Positions 48,076 to 59,826 of a stretch of DNA of 64,000 bases are shown here, one piece after another. The stretch is from Microbotryum violaceum (taxonomy: Eukaryota): the NCBI GenBank assembly GCA_001244265.2, contig CDLV01000006.1:2170001-2234000 (forward strand), read 5' to 3'. The notes under the pieces are model-generated. The model searched no databases. It had not been told where the DNA came from and worked only from the letters and a program-made list of their open reading frames with translations. Positions within the stretch are counted from its first letter, which is position 1, and each line of letters opens with the position of its first letter. Made by a program: the position numbers and the translations under genes.

Positions 48076-49518
48076 CAGGACCCAGGGTTCCCCATTAGAT
48101 GTCTAGATAACTATCTTAGCACATCTCGCTAAGATATAGATGACATCTTATCTAGGGGCCAAATATCTTAGATAGATAGATAAGGCCCCGGGGGTTTCCT
48201 TAGATATCTTTAGATATCTTAACTTTTTTTGTGTCTGGTACAGACTCCTGTTGCGTTGGAAGTTGTAGTTTCCCCTAAGGAGGTTCTTGCTCCCTAGCGA
48301 GGACATCGAATTTCAAATCGTATTCGGCTCAATCCCCATGTTTGTGCCGCATGGTTTGGCCCAAGCGCTAACCGCGGGTGAGGCGGGACGGCTTGCCGAC
48401 GGGCCAATTTGGGAGCTGAGGCCTTCAGACGTTTTTGCTGCCAGAGGGTGCTTATCAACTAATCAAACAAATCACACAAAGAAAGGAGGTGCAATTGCGA
48501 CATTTTGGGAACTTCGCAATGTACCCGCGCCGTTTTCTCTTCTTTCGTCGCACACTCGCACTCTCACACCTCGCCGAACGACTATACTGTAATCGACAGT
48601 CTTTGCTAAAGCAGCTTGGAGTCGGACGTCCCCACGGCTGAGGAGGAGCTTGCGAGTACGAAATTCGCCACTAACGATGAGGCACAGACTTACTACTTTC
48701 GACTGAGAGGCTCTGCAGACGATCGCTGGCAAGCTGGCTAGTTCAGCTGAGAAGGTAAAGTTAAAGACGTCATGGCGGTCGTTCCCAGCGGAGGTGGAGA
48801 TTTCGGACGACTCTGACGACACTGATTAGCACAACGATCGGCCTGAATGCATTCTCCCGCTTGACCAAGCAATAATTCGTCTTCCCAGCACTTATCAATA
48901 CAAGAGAATCAGAAAACAGTGAACAGAAAGCCAGCTTTGCCTGTTCATCCAAATTTTGTGATACTTAAATTGTGGTACTGGCCACCCAACAGGCTCCCAC
49001 GAGTCCCAAACGACCGCCTCCAAGCGAAGATATCTGGCATCTTATCTCCTAAGATATCTATCTCTATCTCATCTTAACCCACTTAGATATCTATTAGATA
49101 TCTAGGCATCTATCTAAGATATCTGACTAAGATGGGAGATAGATAGATAAGGGTCAGAGCCCGGTTTTTTTAGATAGATATCTAATATCTGCGAGATCAT
49201 CTTATCTAATGGGGAACCCTGCCTGGCAGGACCTCCGAAAGCCCAGCCAGAGGCGGCCCGCAAATGTCACCGTGGACATTCTGGGGACCGAAAAATCGGC
49301 TAGGCAGCCCGCAGATTTGGACATTTTTGGCTCAGAAATGGGTCGAGCCTCACCTCATTTTTGGACATTTTCCTCCCTCCGGTCGAACTTTGAAGCGCAG
49401 ACCAGCGTAGCGGGAGGCCGGAGGCTGGCCCAGGCGCAGGGCATAGCACTGAGCGACGTTTTTGGCGGGGAATACCCAGCTGAATGGGTAAGGGCAGTGT
49501 GGGCTTTCGGGGGTCCTA
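48076..49518. mobile_element. CAGGACC-family TIR element, copy 2 (MITE-sized core 49227-49518), interrupted near its left tip by a hAT-like element
   Basis: CAGGACCTCCGAAAGCCC (49227) ... GGGCTTTCGGGGGTCCTA (49518). It shares the subterminal sequence ATTTGGACATTTTTGGCTCA..AATGGGTCGAG.CTCACCTCATTTTT with the right end of copy 1. CGGCTC direct repeats flank 48076 and 49518. Confidence 0.75.
48083..49221. mobile_element. Non-autonomous hAT-like element (1.14 kb)
   Basis: Perfect 18-bp TIR CAGGGTTCCCCATTAGAT and dense subterminal AGATATCT/TAGATA/TAAGAT repeats at both ends. Possible hAT dimerisation remnant MRHRLTTFD*EALQTI at ~48677. Near-8-bp flanking repeat CCAGGACC/GCAGGACC. Confidence 0.8.
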
Positions 49519-49569
49519 CGGCTCCTCACGGCCTCAGATCTCAGAGCGGCTCAGCCCGGCTCGCCGAGA

Positions 49570-50035
49570 GGTCCCTATGACCCTCATGTGTAGGGCTGCC
49601 GTTGTGCTGCGAAGAGTTTAACAATATGATGCAACATTGTGAAATAGAGCTAATCATCAAATAAACTCACACGGATTGTAGTCTGCAATCGACTACATGA
49701 AATAGGAATCACGAGTAATCGTGTAGTAGTGCGACACGGTGAAAATAAAATTCGAGATGTACTAATTACTCGTCAAATCTGGAAATAGATTAAATTGTGA
49801 AACTGGATGATGTACATGACGATATTCATTCTCTCTTTTTTGTCGCCTTTTTCATCTTCGATGAAAAGAGCAAAGCTGGGCGCTTCTCTACAAGAAAATA
49901 AAAAGCTAGTTGAGAGCAGGAAGATACTCGTTATCTTCTAGTATTTATTATCACAGTGTAATACTTTTGTTAGCAGTTTACCTTAATCGAGATTAAGTCG
50001 AAATATAGGAGTGGCAGGGGAACCTGCTGCTGAAC
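49570..50035 (+). rRNA. rns: NUMT 2: 3' fragment of mitochondrial small-subunit rRNA (non-functional nuclear copy); AT-rich mitochondrial-like sequence continues to ~50160
   Basis: CGGATTGTAGTCTGCAATCGACTACATGAAATAGGAATCACGAGTAATCG, TGTACTAATTACTCGTCA and AAGTCGAAATATAGG...GGGGAACCTGCTGCTG are diverged equivalents of conserved SSU 3' motifs. Confidence 0.9.
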
Positions 50036-50178
50036 AATACAAATTATAGAATCCCCTTTTGCGAGCTGCTTTTATTTTTGTGCTTTTTCTAAAAAAAAAT
50101 AAGCGCCCAGCTTCTAAAAACAGAAAAATAAAAAAATAAAAAGCGGGCTGTTTTTATGGGTGCGCACGGGAGCCACTA

Positions 50179-51446
50179 CAGTCAAACCTGAGAAAATTTA
50201 TATTTTCGGTAGACGGATTTTCCCATAAATTAAGACAGGTATAAGCTTGGAGAGTTCGGCTTCAGATCAGTACATTATGACCTGAAACTCCGTTTTTGAG
50301 CTTCCTACATCAAATCAAGAATTTTTGTGCATCGTTTGAGTCGATACATTGACTTTTGAGGGGGAGGAAATTCAGAAGGCCCGAATTGCTGAATTGCAGC
50401 CAATGTACGGCCTCTACCGAGGCATGGTGACATCTAATAAGTTATGAAAGCTCCAAGCAAAAATATGCTGACCTACTGACGCTGGAAATACGAAGTCATT
50501 GTGGTCTGAATCCTCGCGGCATCCTGCTCGGCAACAAGAGTCCTGCGAATCCTCCTAGCCTCGTCCTCAAAAGAAACCAAATCCGTTGGACCTGAGTACC
50601 CATTCATAGCAAACCTAAGGAAAACATCAAGCGCTGAGATTGCCTCCTTCAGCGTCGTTCGCTCCGCCCGTCGGAGCTCTATCTCCGCATCCTCCTCTCC
50701 TCCTTCAAGTTCTCCCTCGCAGTCCTCCTCCAACTCTTCGGCAATGACCAGGTCCACAATCTCCTGATCGGTCATTTCAGCCCCACCAGCAAGGTTCTCC
50801 TCCTCCACATCGACGAGAAAGTGGATACTCATCTTCTCGTTGCTCGTAACTATCCCCTTTTCGACCAGCTCATCGTTCGCCGTCTTCAGAGCGTTCATCG
50901 CGTTGATGATGCCGCGATCGCCATCGAGAGGCCCGCGACCGTTGGGAAGAGGTGTATGGTCGGTCGATCCTTTGTTCTTGCGATCAGACAAGATTTGAGC
51001 GTGGCGCCAGCAGTTGAATTCCGGGAAGAGAATGAGACCATGATGATATGAAGAGGAATTTCTGATGAGGGCTTCTCGGATTGTGAAGACGTTCATTTCG
51101 GCGTCGTTGTCGGCGGAAGAGGAGAGAGAAGCACGTCGCGACTAGCCTGTCAACGTGTCAACCGCCGCCTTTGCTCTACTGTGCTCGCTTCTCGGCTGTT
51201 TCGGGGCATTTCGGACTCTTCCAGCAGGCTAGCAGGCGGCTCGTCAACAAGAACGCCGAAGGAGAGGCCAATTCCTGATCAATCGCTCATTTCCGGCTCT
51301 CTCTTATCTTATAATGTGACCTGTAAACCCATCAATTATAAGGTATAAGATTACACAGGTTCTGTCAGCCAAAAAAGTCGGGAGATTGAAAAGTCCATTT
51401 TGCCAGGTATAAGATTGGGCGATATAAATTTTCTCAGGTTTGACTG
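50179..51446 (-). mobile_element. pogo/Tigger-like (Tc1-mariner superfamily) element, internally deleted
   Basis: Perfect 25-bp TIR CAGTCAAACCTGAGAAAATTTATAT with TA on both flanks (50177-78, 51447-48). ORF 50473-51096 encodes only the transposase C-terminus (NCWRHAQIL, EMTDQEIVDLV, QTTMTSYF). Confidence 0.9.
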
Positions 51447-52029
51447 TATTACGAGGCGCACACGAGCTGGCCATATATCGTCATCATGTCCGATGTCTCA
51501 ATTTTTACCGAGTCACTTCCGGTCTCGCGCTCTCCTCCGCATCGTCACTCACTCGTCTGGAACGATCGTGATTGTTTTCGAGACCCGGTGGCTTCAATCC
51601 GGTCCTTTTTTCTGTCTCAGGTACCATTTGTCGTCCGCCATTTGTCGTTCGCCTGTAAAGTGACCGCAATGAGGATTTCAGGGAAATCCCGGACTGGTAG
51701 TTACGGAAAATAAAGGAAGGTTTGGCTGAACTGAGATTCGAACTCAGGTCCACTCCATAAATCAGAGTTGCTCGGACCACTGAGCTACTCAACCCAGGGG
51801 AATAGAGCAAGGCAGCGGCGCACTCAAGTCGGCTCGGCTGGCAAAGGGGTTTTTCCCGATTCCTTGTGTATAATCTTCAACCTTCCTTTCATTCGTCTCT
51901 GGGAGGGAGCAACCGTGGGTGGGGGGGACTTGAACTCGGATGTATCGGGTTGGTCTGTTCTGCTAGTTACAACGCATCAAGCGGCGGTTGTGGTCATCAT
52001 CGTGCATGCTGGGTAGCATCTCCTTTAGT

Positions 52030-52102
52030 TCCGTAGGGGGTTCTCTCGTCTTGCAAATTAGCGATGAGTTTCATACAAAAAAAAAAAAAAAAAATCCGTA
52101 GG
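52030..52102 (+). mobile_element. 5'-truncated poly(A) retroinsertion with 8-bp TSD
   Basis: TCCGTAGG (52030-37) + 39 nt + A18 (52077-94) + TCCGTAGG (52095-102). Confidence 0.75.
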
Positions 52103-52329
52103 CCAATCAGGGGGAACAGGAATTGGGGGCAATATGATGAACAAGTCCTACAAAAAATAAAAAACCCATAATGGGAGACCCACGGGCGGCGGACTGTGCG
52201 CGGCTGCGTTGAGTTCTACTACCGCCACCGTGGCAAGCTGGATTACTAGGGTCATGTTGAAGAAGAATCTGGAGGTCAGGGTGTCGGCGATTTGCTAGGA
52301 AAGGGTGCGCGGGAGTACGCATGTGCTGT

Positions 52330-52474
52330 ATCCAATATTTCGTGAGGTAAGAGTTAGGTGAGGGATAGGAGTCTCGTTTAATATGGACAGACTTCGTGCA
52401 TCATAGTCCTGCTTGTCGTAAGCCTGAAGCGCGGCGGCCCAGACCTCGACTCGGAGCTCTTGCTTGAGCGACAT
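52330..52474 (-). pseudogene. NoxR/p67phox-like NADPH oxidase regulator, N-terminal stub
   Basis: MSLKQELRVEVWAAALQAYDKQDYDARSLSIL resembles the conserved fungal NoxR start (MSLK.E..W..AL..YD..D). No continuation was found downstream. Confidence 0.6.
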
Positions 52475-53637
52475 GTCGAAATAGTGGCAAGGAAGCAGAT
52501 AAGGTACGGGCATTTGAAGTGACATGACTTGAGACGAAACGTGGAAGTTGATGGTGCCAATGCAGTGAGGCGGTCGGACCAGCGACCAAAGCTTGAGGAT
52601 GATGACGAGTGCAAAGATGGCACGAACAGGCCGGGAGCTTCAGCCACAGCTATGCCACTCGACTCGACGAGTACTTGAGCATGGCTTTATTTTCAATCGG
52701 GTGTCTCCAACTTCGCCAGTATCGACTTTGAGTAAGCGCTGCAGTAATTTTGCGTAAATGTTGAGCTCTGCTCGTTATCGCTGGGGCTCAAAACAATCTC
52801 CCCGATGGTCTGCCAGCTCGAGGCACCAGCAATCCTGGGCTGACTTTACAACGACAAAGCTTCTCGCGTGAGATGGGAAGACGACGGATCGACGAAAATG
52901 AACAAAGCGAAAGTCAAGTTACGATACGAGAGTGTCACGAGAGCAATGGTGAGTGGGCCATCCAGCTAGTAATATGCTGAGCTGCCGGGATCTCACCGTC
53001 GCAGCTTGAAAGGCAAAAGAAGGCCCATAAGGTATCAGTGTCAAAACGGAAGAGCGGCATCGAGTAGAGCTGTAGACTTTATCTGCCAATCATCGTCGTC
53101 AACAATAGAGATCAAACCGCCTTCGACATCCTTGTACCTATGAGCGAGGGATAAAACCAATGTCAGGACAGGGGCATAGGCTTCGTTCGCAAGCGGTGAG
53201 GTGGGCTTGCTTCATCGATAGACCGCTTGGTGCGTCGCATTTGGTCTTTACTCGCTCTAGGAATTCCTGGAGCGTGCTGTCGGACTTGATGCTCTAACCG
53301 TACAAGGCTGTGAGGAAGCGCGTCTAGTTGGTTCACAATCTCGCATGGTCGGGCCGAGGACAGAGATCCTGCTAGCGTAAAGTCATTTGTTCTCACACAA
53401 AACGCAATAAGATACTGTCGCGGCCCAAGTGAAATGTTGTTGCCCACCACAAGAGTGATTCTGAAGGAGGCGTGAAGCTTCAAATTGGCATTGCGCAGCA
53501 AAAGACGAACGAACCCTAGAAGCGCTAACAGGAGAGACAAATCCGTTCACTGTCTAATATCATGTACAACACTGAAAGAGAGTCCCGGATTAAATCTTCA
53601 TCACAGCGGGAAACCCCAGAAACCATCCCAATCCCGA

Positions 53638-56146
53638 TCACATCATCATCTCGACCAAGGTCTTGTTGATCCTGCCGGACTTGATCGCCTCGTAGATCTT
53701 GCTGACGCTCAAACCGATCGTCGCCTCTTGCTTGCCAAGGAAGACATCACCTCGTCGGGCATTGACACCAAGTATCTCACGTACAAAGAGGTACAGCGCC
53801 TTGGAGCGACCGAGGTACTGCGTAGTGGGGTACGAGGTAGCGGACCAGTACGAGTCGCGGATCTCGCGGGTCAAGGTGACGGCTTGCTCAGCGCCGGTCT
53901 TCTTCCACTCAGAAATCTTGGGGAGAGGGTTCTCCGTCGAGGAGGTCATCAAGGCTTCGACAAGAATGGAAGTGACGTGATTGTAGGCATCAACCCATCG
54001 GGAAACCAAGTCGACCGAAGTCGTCGTCTCCAATCGGCGCCACATGGCACCGACAACCTTGACGCCGAGCACCTTGGCCGTCTTCTCGTCCAAAAGGCCA
54101 CCAAAGGTTGAGCGCAGCGACTCGAGGATCATGGGGTTGAAACGCTCGCGGAAAGTGAATTCGAGGTAGCGCAAATCGAGGGCCTGGAGAGCGCAGTACA
54201 AGTGGGTCGACATCAAAAGCGTCAAGACATCGTTGGCTTCGGCGGTCTTGCGGGCCGAGATGAGCGCGAGCGAGTTGATCGCCTGGTTCGACATCTCGGC
54301 GGGCTGAACGTGGGTCGAGACGGGGTTGGCGAGGAAGCCGAGCTCGGAGGTGTAGGCTGCGGCCGCAATGTCGAGACCCTTAGTGTGGTAGCTCGTCGAA
54401 GGGTCCTCGGCGGCGAGACACGAGGGGAGACCGCGGTTCATCGAGCAGTTGACCAACTCGGTCATCTGGGTGTACGAACCCTTGCCGAACCATTGCAAAG
54501 CCAAACGAGTCTTCTCCATGGCAGCGGTTACACTCATGGCTTGGAAGTTGCCACCGTGATGGATCATACCGTTCTCGACATCGAGCAATGGGTTGTCGGT
54601 CGTCGAATTGAGCTCGATCGCGAGACTGCGGTGGGCGACAATGATGTCCTCGACGGCGGGGCCAACGAACTGAGCCGAGCAGCGGAGAGGGTATCGGTCC
54701 TGGCGGAGAACGCCTTCGTCCTCGTCAGCGCGAACCTCCTCCTCGTGGTGGACGGCCAACTTGGATCCGGAGAGCATGGTGCGGATGTTGCGAGCGACCT
54801 GGACTTGGCCGGGGTGGGGGCGGCAGACGTCGTGGATGAAGGGGTCGAATGAGCCGGCATGCCCGACCATGGCCTCGACGGTCATCGCGGTCAAAGCTTG
54901 CGAGAGAAGGGCAAGGAAGTGCGAGTCGTTGAGCGCCATCGTCGCCATCGAAGCCGACACGGCGGTACCGTTGACGAGACCGAGACCCTCTTTGGGACCC
55001 AAGACGACCTTCTCGATATTGTGCAACTTGAGCGCGTCGGGGGCGAACATGATCTCAGGCTTGCCGTTGATGCACGTCACAACCTTGATGTCTGGGTGAC
55101 CGGTAATGGCACCGGCGATGTAGGACAACTGGAGGGCAGGGAAGTGCGGTGATCAGCCTCGAGCCCCTAACTGTCTCAAATAGGTCAGAGCCTATCAAGC
55201 AACTTACGGGAGAGAGATCGCCACTGGCGGAGATTGAACCCCTCAAAGGAACAACAGGGGTAATGTCCTGCTCGAGAAACTTAACGAGCGTCTCGAGTAC
55301 CTCGATCCTGACGGCGGAGTGACCGCGCGTCAACGAGTTGACTCGGATGAGCATCGCACCGCGGACGACCTCGAGAGGGAGCGTATTTTCGAGACCGCGC
55401 CCAAGAGCAAATTGGTCGAAAGAGGTGGGGAGGACACCGCAGAGCTGGTGCTCGAGGAGGGAGATCTGAAGAGCGAGATGATCCTGGGTGCGCGTATCGG
55501 CGGACTGTGGGGTAACCGAGGGCTGGTCAGATTTTTCCATCTTGGGGGGAATCGAGAATCGTGCGAGAAGACTAACCCCTCCGAAACCAGTCGTGACACC
55601 GTAGACAGAAGTGACGAGCTGTATAATCACGAGGCATCAGAGCGGCAAGTCAGCATCTGTTGGCTTCAAGAGGTAGGTAGCACCAGCCGAAGAACGCGGG
55701 CTGGAAGGGAAGAAAACGCTGACTAGGACACTGACCTTGGACTTGAGGAAGTCGACACTGTCCTTAATTCTCTTCTCGGCGGCTTCATAGTCGATCGTGA
55801 CGTTGGCGTGCCTCCTCGAGGCGGCGACGACTTCGCCCAAAGTTAATCGGTAGCCGTTGAGCTTGATAGTCGCCTCGGAAGTTGTGACGTCGCTATCCCG
55901 AGCAAGCAAGTCGGCAGCGAGGACAAGTTGAACAGCGGGGGACGTGGGGTTGGTGGGCGCAAGAGAAGGCGACAAAGGAGGAGTGGCTTGAGGGGTGTGG
56001 CTGTCGAGCTGGAATGCCGAAAGGACGGGGGTGGTGAGTGACTGGGTGAGCAGGGCCGCGCCCGACTTTTCCGGAGCGCGCTCGGAAGTCAGCAAGTCCG
56101 AAGCAACGCCGGACTGCATCGCGTTGGTGTTGGGGATCATGGGCAT
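53638..56146 (-). CDS. PAL: Phenylalanine (tyrosine) ammonia-lyase, multi-exon
   Basis: SVYGVTTGFGG|SADTRT, RVNSLTRGHSAVR, the MIO motif GSISASGDLSP, PKEGLGLVNGT, LRQDRYPLR, TTDNPL, HGGNFQA and QPAEMSNQAINSLALISAR. Confidence 0.97.
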
Positions 56147-58152
56147 CTTGGATCAGGTATGGTGTGTGGGAGAGGCACACGTAGGAACCTTCTGAAGGTG
56201 TGGTGGGATGAGAGAGAAGAGAGAAGAGAGGAAGAGAGATCGTGGTCGATGCCTCGACGATACTAATAGGTCATTCGCCGCGGCGTCAGCAGGCATGCGC
56301 ACGTCGCGTCCGTGACCGCGTGCAACGGCAAGCCGTCGCCGCCATCGATAGCGGCATGCCGTCTCGCGCGCTCAATTGCTGCTTGGCGGCGGGCGCTTAT
56401 CAATCTCAGACAGACGTGTCAAACGGAAACTGCTAGCAGACATTCGACCTTCTTTTCGATGCCATTTCTATCCGCGCCGGCGAGTGGGCGACGGCGTGCC
56501 GCTAGGTGCCGCTCTTCCCCACTGCACCGTGATTGCATCATTTTGGAACAGCTACTAAGCGTCGCCCCCTGGCTCAGTGACTGCACACCGACACTCAACA
56601 TGGTGACACGTCACCGTATCCCAGCCGCTATTATTCTGCGAAGGATTTGTGTCCTGCCGATCTTGGACTCGATCACCCGAGCTGTCAACGGTCAGGTGCG
56701 GATGCCCGTTCGGACAAGGTGCACCGCAACGTAGACTGCCACTCCGATGGCGCACAGAAGGTGGGGGCTGGAGGGCTTCTTGGGTGCTAACCCCACTGTG
56801 CGTGTCTGATGCAATCTACCTCGACCAAAAAAAGCGGTTTAATCCAGTCACAGTACCCAACCCGTGGAAATCCTGCATTTCACCATCTGCTTTCGAGCTT
56901 GTCGCGCCATCCTTGACGTCTTTTCATCCCCAGCGACCTTGAGGTTGAACCTGGCTCTTGACTTGCTTGACCATGTCCAACAACGCTGACGGCGGCGCAG
57001 ACGACGACGGCGACGATGACGATGACGGCAACGTTCCTCAAGCAGCACTCACCTCTTTCTTTTTGATGACTGTGAAGGTTTCGGATAGGGGCCAGATGAT
57101 GTCAGCGATGATCGACAGCCGTAGCCTGACGATGATGAACTACAGCGTAGATTCCGACAATCGACATCGTTCCGGCAATCGAAAGTGGGACCACTTCGGC
57201 CCTGCCCGTCATCTTGTTCGAGAAGAAAGGTGGCTGTGAAAGGTCGCTCGAGTGTCCGTCATCGAACGGCATGAAAGGGGTCAGTGGTGGGTCGCACCCA
57301 GCCCCGCGCTGGGGGTCTCACCTGCAGAGGAGGAGTGCAGACACCCCCGTTGACTTTGGGGTGGTGACGATGTTATGTGGCGTGGACGTCATGATCGAGG
57401 GTGACGTGTATGCACTGGCTGTAGGTATAGCTCGAGGATTGCCGGAAGCAGCGGCCGGGCCCGGTGTCAGGAGCGGTTCCAAGCTGTTCTACTAGGCTAC
57501 GCTGACCTCAAAGAAATATAACATCCACTCTGAAAAGAGTGGACAGATTGGTACTATGTATGGCCAACCCACAGTGAAGCAAGCTAGGAATTGCAGGATT
57601 ACTGGTTCATGACACCCGCCGGTCTCTGCAGTGACTCGGAGCTCTGAGCCCGGCCGATGATGGTGGTACGAGCCGTCTTAGGAGTATTATCTTGCACCTA
57701 AAATGGCAAGACAAAGTTAAATGATGCTTGAAAAAGTCATGTTTCAGAGGTGAAGAGAGGTTGGAATCGGAGTGATGATCGTGCGGCAACTGGAAGTGGG
57801 CAGGCCCCCCGACTCATCAGCAGCCTGTGCTGCCTGCCGGCGTATCCCCCAGCGCGCCTGCGCGCTTGCGGGCAGTGGGCCAGCAAAAAAGACATTAGTG
57901 ACACCTCGCACGGAGTTTCAATTTCACCTCATCCGAAGCGAAGTTAGACTTTCGTGTTGCATATTCTCCAAGGCACACATCATCAGCCCAACCTCGATTT
58001 TTTAGCCTGCTTCGTCAGCGCCAGGCCTGAGTTTTCCACTAGCCGGCCCGGCTTCTCGCACAGCCGAGCGGTTCAAAGGACTGGGACTCCGATCGCCCAC
58101 GCCGGCCCTGCTCTCTCTTCGAGCTCTTCCTCATCGCATCTTGCACGCCGTT

Positions 58153-59558
58153 ATGACTTCACCTGTGAGTGCCCATTGCTGCCTTAGTGTACTGATGTTA
58201 GTATACTTAGTCTTAAGAGGTTGGTTCACAGCAATTGCAAGCAGCCAAGCTGTTCAATGTGTCTGGTCGCAAGGCTTTGGTGACGGGCGGAGGCAGTGGG
58301 TGAGTGTCTTGAGCTTACGTCGAGACTGCCGGACCGATATGCTGCTTACAGGAATACGATGTTCCGACAAATTCAATCATCGTGTAGACTGGGCGAAATG
58401 ATGGCCACTGCCCTCTGCCAAGGTGGTGCTCATGTGTAAGCTTCGGTGCCTGGGCTGGGCTTCGGGCTGATCCCGAGCCCGCGAGCTCCGCGTGCATTAG
58501 CTACGATATAAGCGGGGAAACTACTACCACGTTACTCACATTAGTCTCAGAACTCTACAGCTACATAGCCAGTCGCAAGGAGGGCCAACTCAAGGCTGTA
58601 AGCTCTCCTGCCTATCTTGCTGATCTGCAATGTGGGGCTGCCGCTGACGCTGTCTTATGCCTTTCCCACTTGAACGATTCCAGGTCGCGGACCGATTGAA
58701 TAGGGAGGGACCGGGAAAGTGCGAATACATTATCGCAGACGTTGGTTCCAAGGAAGGTTGCCTCAAGCTTGTTGCCGAGGTTGAGAAGCGAACCCCCGTT
58801 CTCCACATCGTCAGTCCAAATCGAGTTCGTCGCAGACTCTGCGAGGCGCATCGCTCAAACCAAACTCAGCCCTTGATCTGAGCAGCTCGTCAACAACTCC
58901 GGTACGACCTGGGGTGCTCCTCTCCTTGACTTCCCCGAAAAGGAAGGATGGGACAGGATCCTTGCAACCAATGTCAAGGCGATCTACTGGCTCTCGGCGC
59001 ATCTTTCGCCGTTGTTGGCCAAGGAAGCGACAGCCACCATGCCCGGTCGCATCGTCAACATCACTTCGGTCGCGGGCCTATCGCCCATCGCCGAAGGCAC
59101 CGGCCTGTCCGATGCCAGCATGGTTTTGCACTCTTACAATACCTCCAAGGCGGCTGCCAACTCCCTTACCCAATCGCTCGCCGTTTCGCTCGGCCCCAAA
59201 TTCATGTGAGCCTTCCTCATTTTTCGCGAAGATCTCTCAAGTGACTAACTGTCTTTTTCTGTCATTCTGATATTATCGTTTTTCCGATCCTCGCAGCACC
59301 GTCAACGCCATTGCGCCTGGTGTCTACCCATCCAAGATGACTGCGCACGGTCTGAAGAACGACAAGGACAACATGCTTGCCGGTAGTCAACCTATGGGCC
59401 GCATCGGTATGCCCGAGGACATGGCAGGGCTTCTTCTGTTCCTCGTCAGTAGGGCAGGCTCACACACGAGCGGCGCCGTCATTACGACCGATGGTGGAGC
59501 GCTTATCGCTGGCCGAGGCTACACCAAGGCTAGGCAGGAGGCGAGTAGCAAGTTGTGA
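58153..59558 (+). CDS. Short-chain dehydrogenase/reductase (multi-exon)
   Basis: ALVTGGGSG, LVNNSG.TWGAP, GRIVNITS, YNTSK (YxxxK), VNAIAPG and PMGRIGMPEDMAG. Confidence 0.9.
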
Positions 59559-59826
59559 GGCGAGAAATTGAGCGATGTAACATCTGGGCAGCATCCCTTG
59601 TCCGTGTCTCTCCTGCCATTATCTTATATGTTGCGTCAACCAACGAACCAGCCGCCCGGAGCCAGACTTGATGTGAGAAAAACTCCAATGGAACCAGGGA
59701 CAGACGCACTTCGAGGTCTCTACGCTTACAACAACACAATTGTCTACATAAAGAACGAACCGCAACATATACTGCGCGGGATATATATAAAGACTATGCT
59801 ATAGTGTATGCTCATGCGGGGTTGTA

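Noticed and set aside
48089..49210. AGATATCT/TAGATA arrays considered as a CRISPR-like or telomeric array
   Set aside because: They are irregular, lack a repeat-spacer period and are confined to the subtermini of a TIR element.
49570..50035. Bacterial 16S contamination or a functional rRNA gene
   Set aside because: The fragment is partial, AT-rich and diverged at universally conserved positions in a fungal-mitochondrial manner, and it shares repeats with the nad2/nad3 piece.
53485..54852. Long plus-strand ORFs antisense to PAL, and similar shadow ORFs over other genes
   Set aside because: They are expected by-products of GC-rich codon bias and show no recognisable motifs.
56800..57800. Short ORFs and a GAC-rich tract between PAL and SDR
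   Set aside because: No coherent gene model or family motif could be supported.
53638..59558. PAL + SDR considered as a secondary-metabolite cluster
   Set aside because: There is no CoA ligase, PKS/NRPS, P450 or regulator nearby, and adjacency alone is insufficient.
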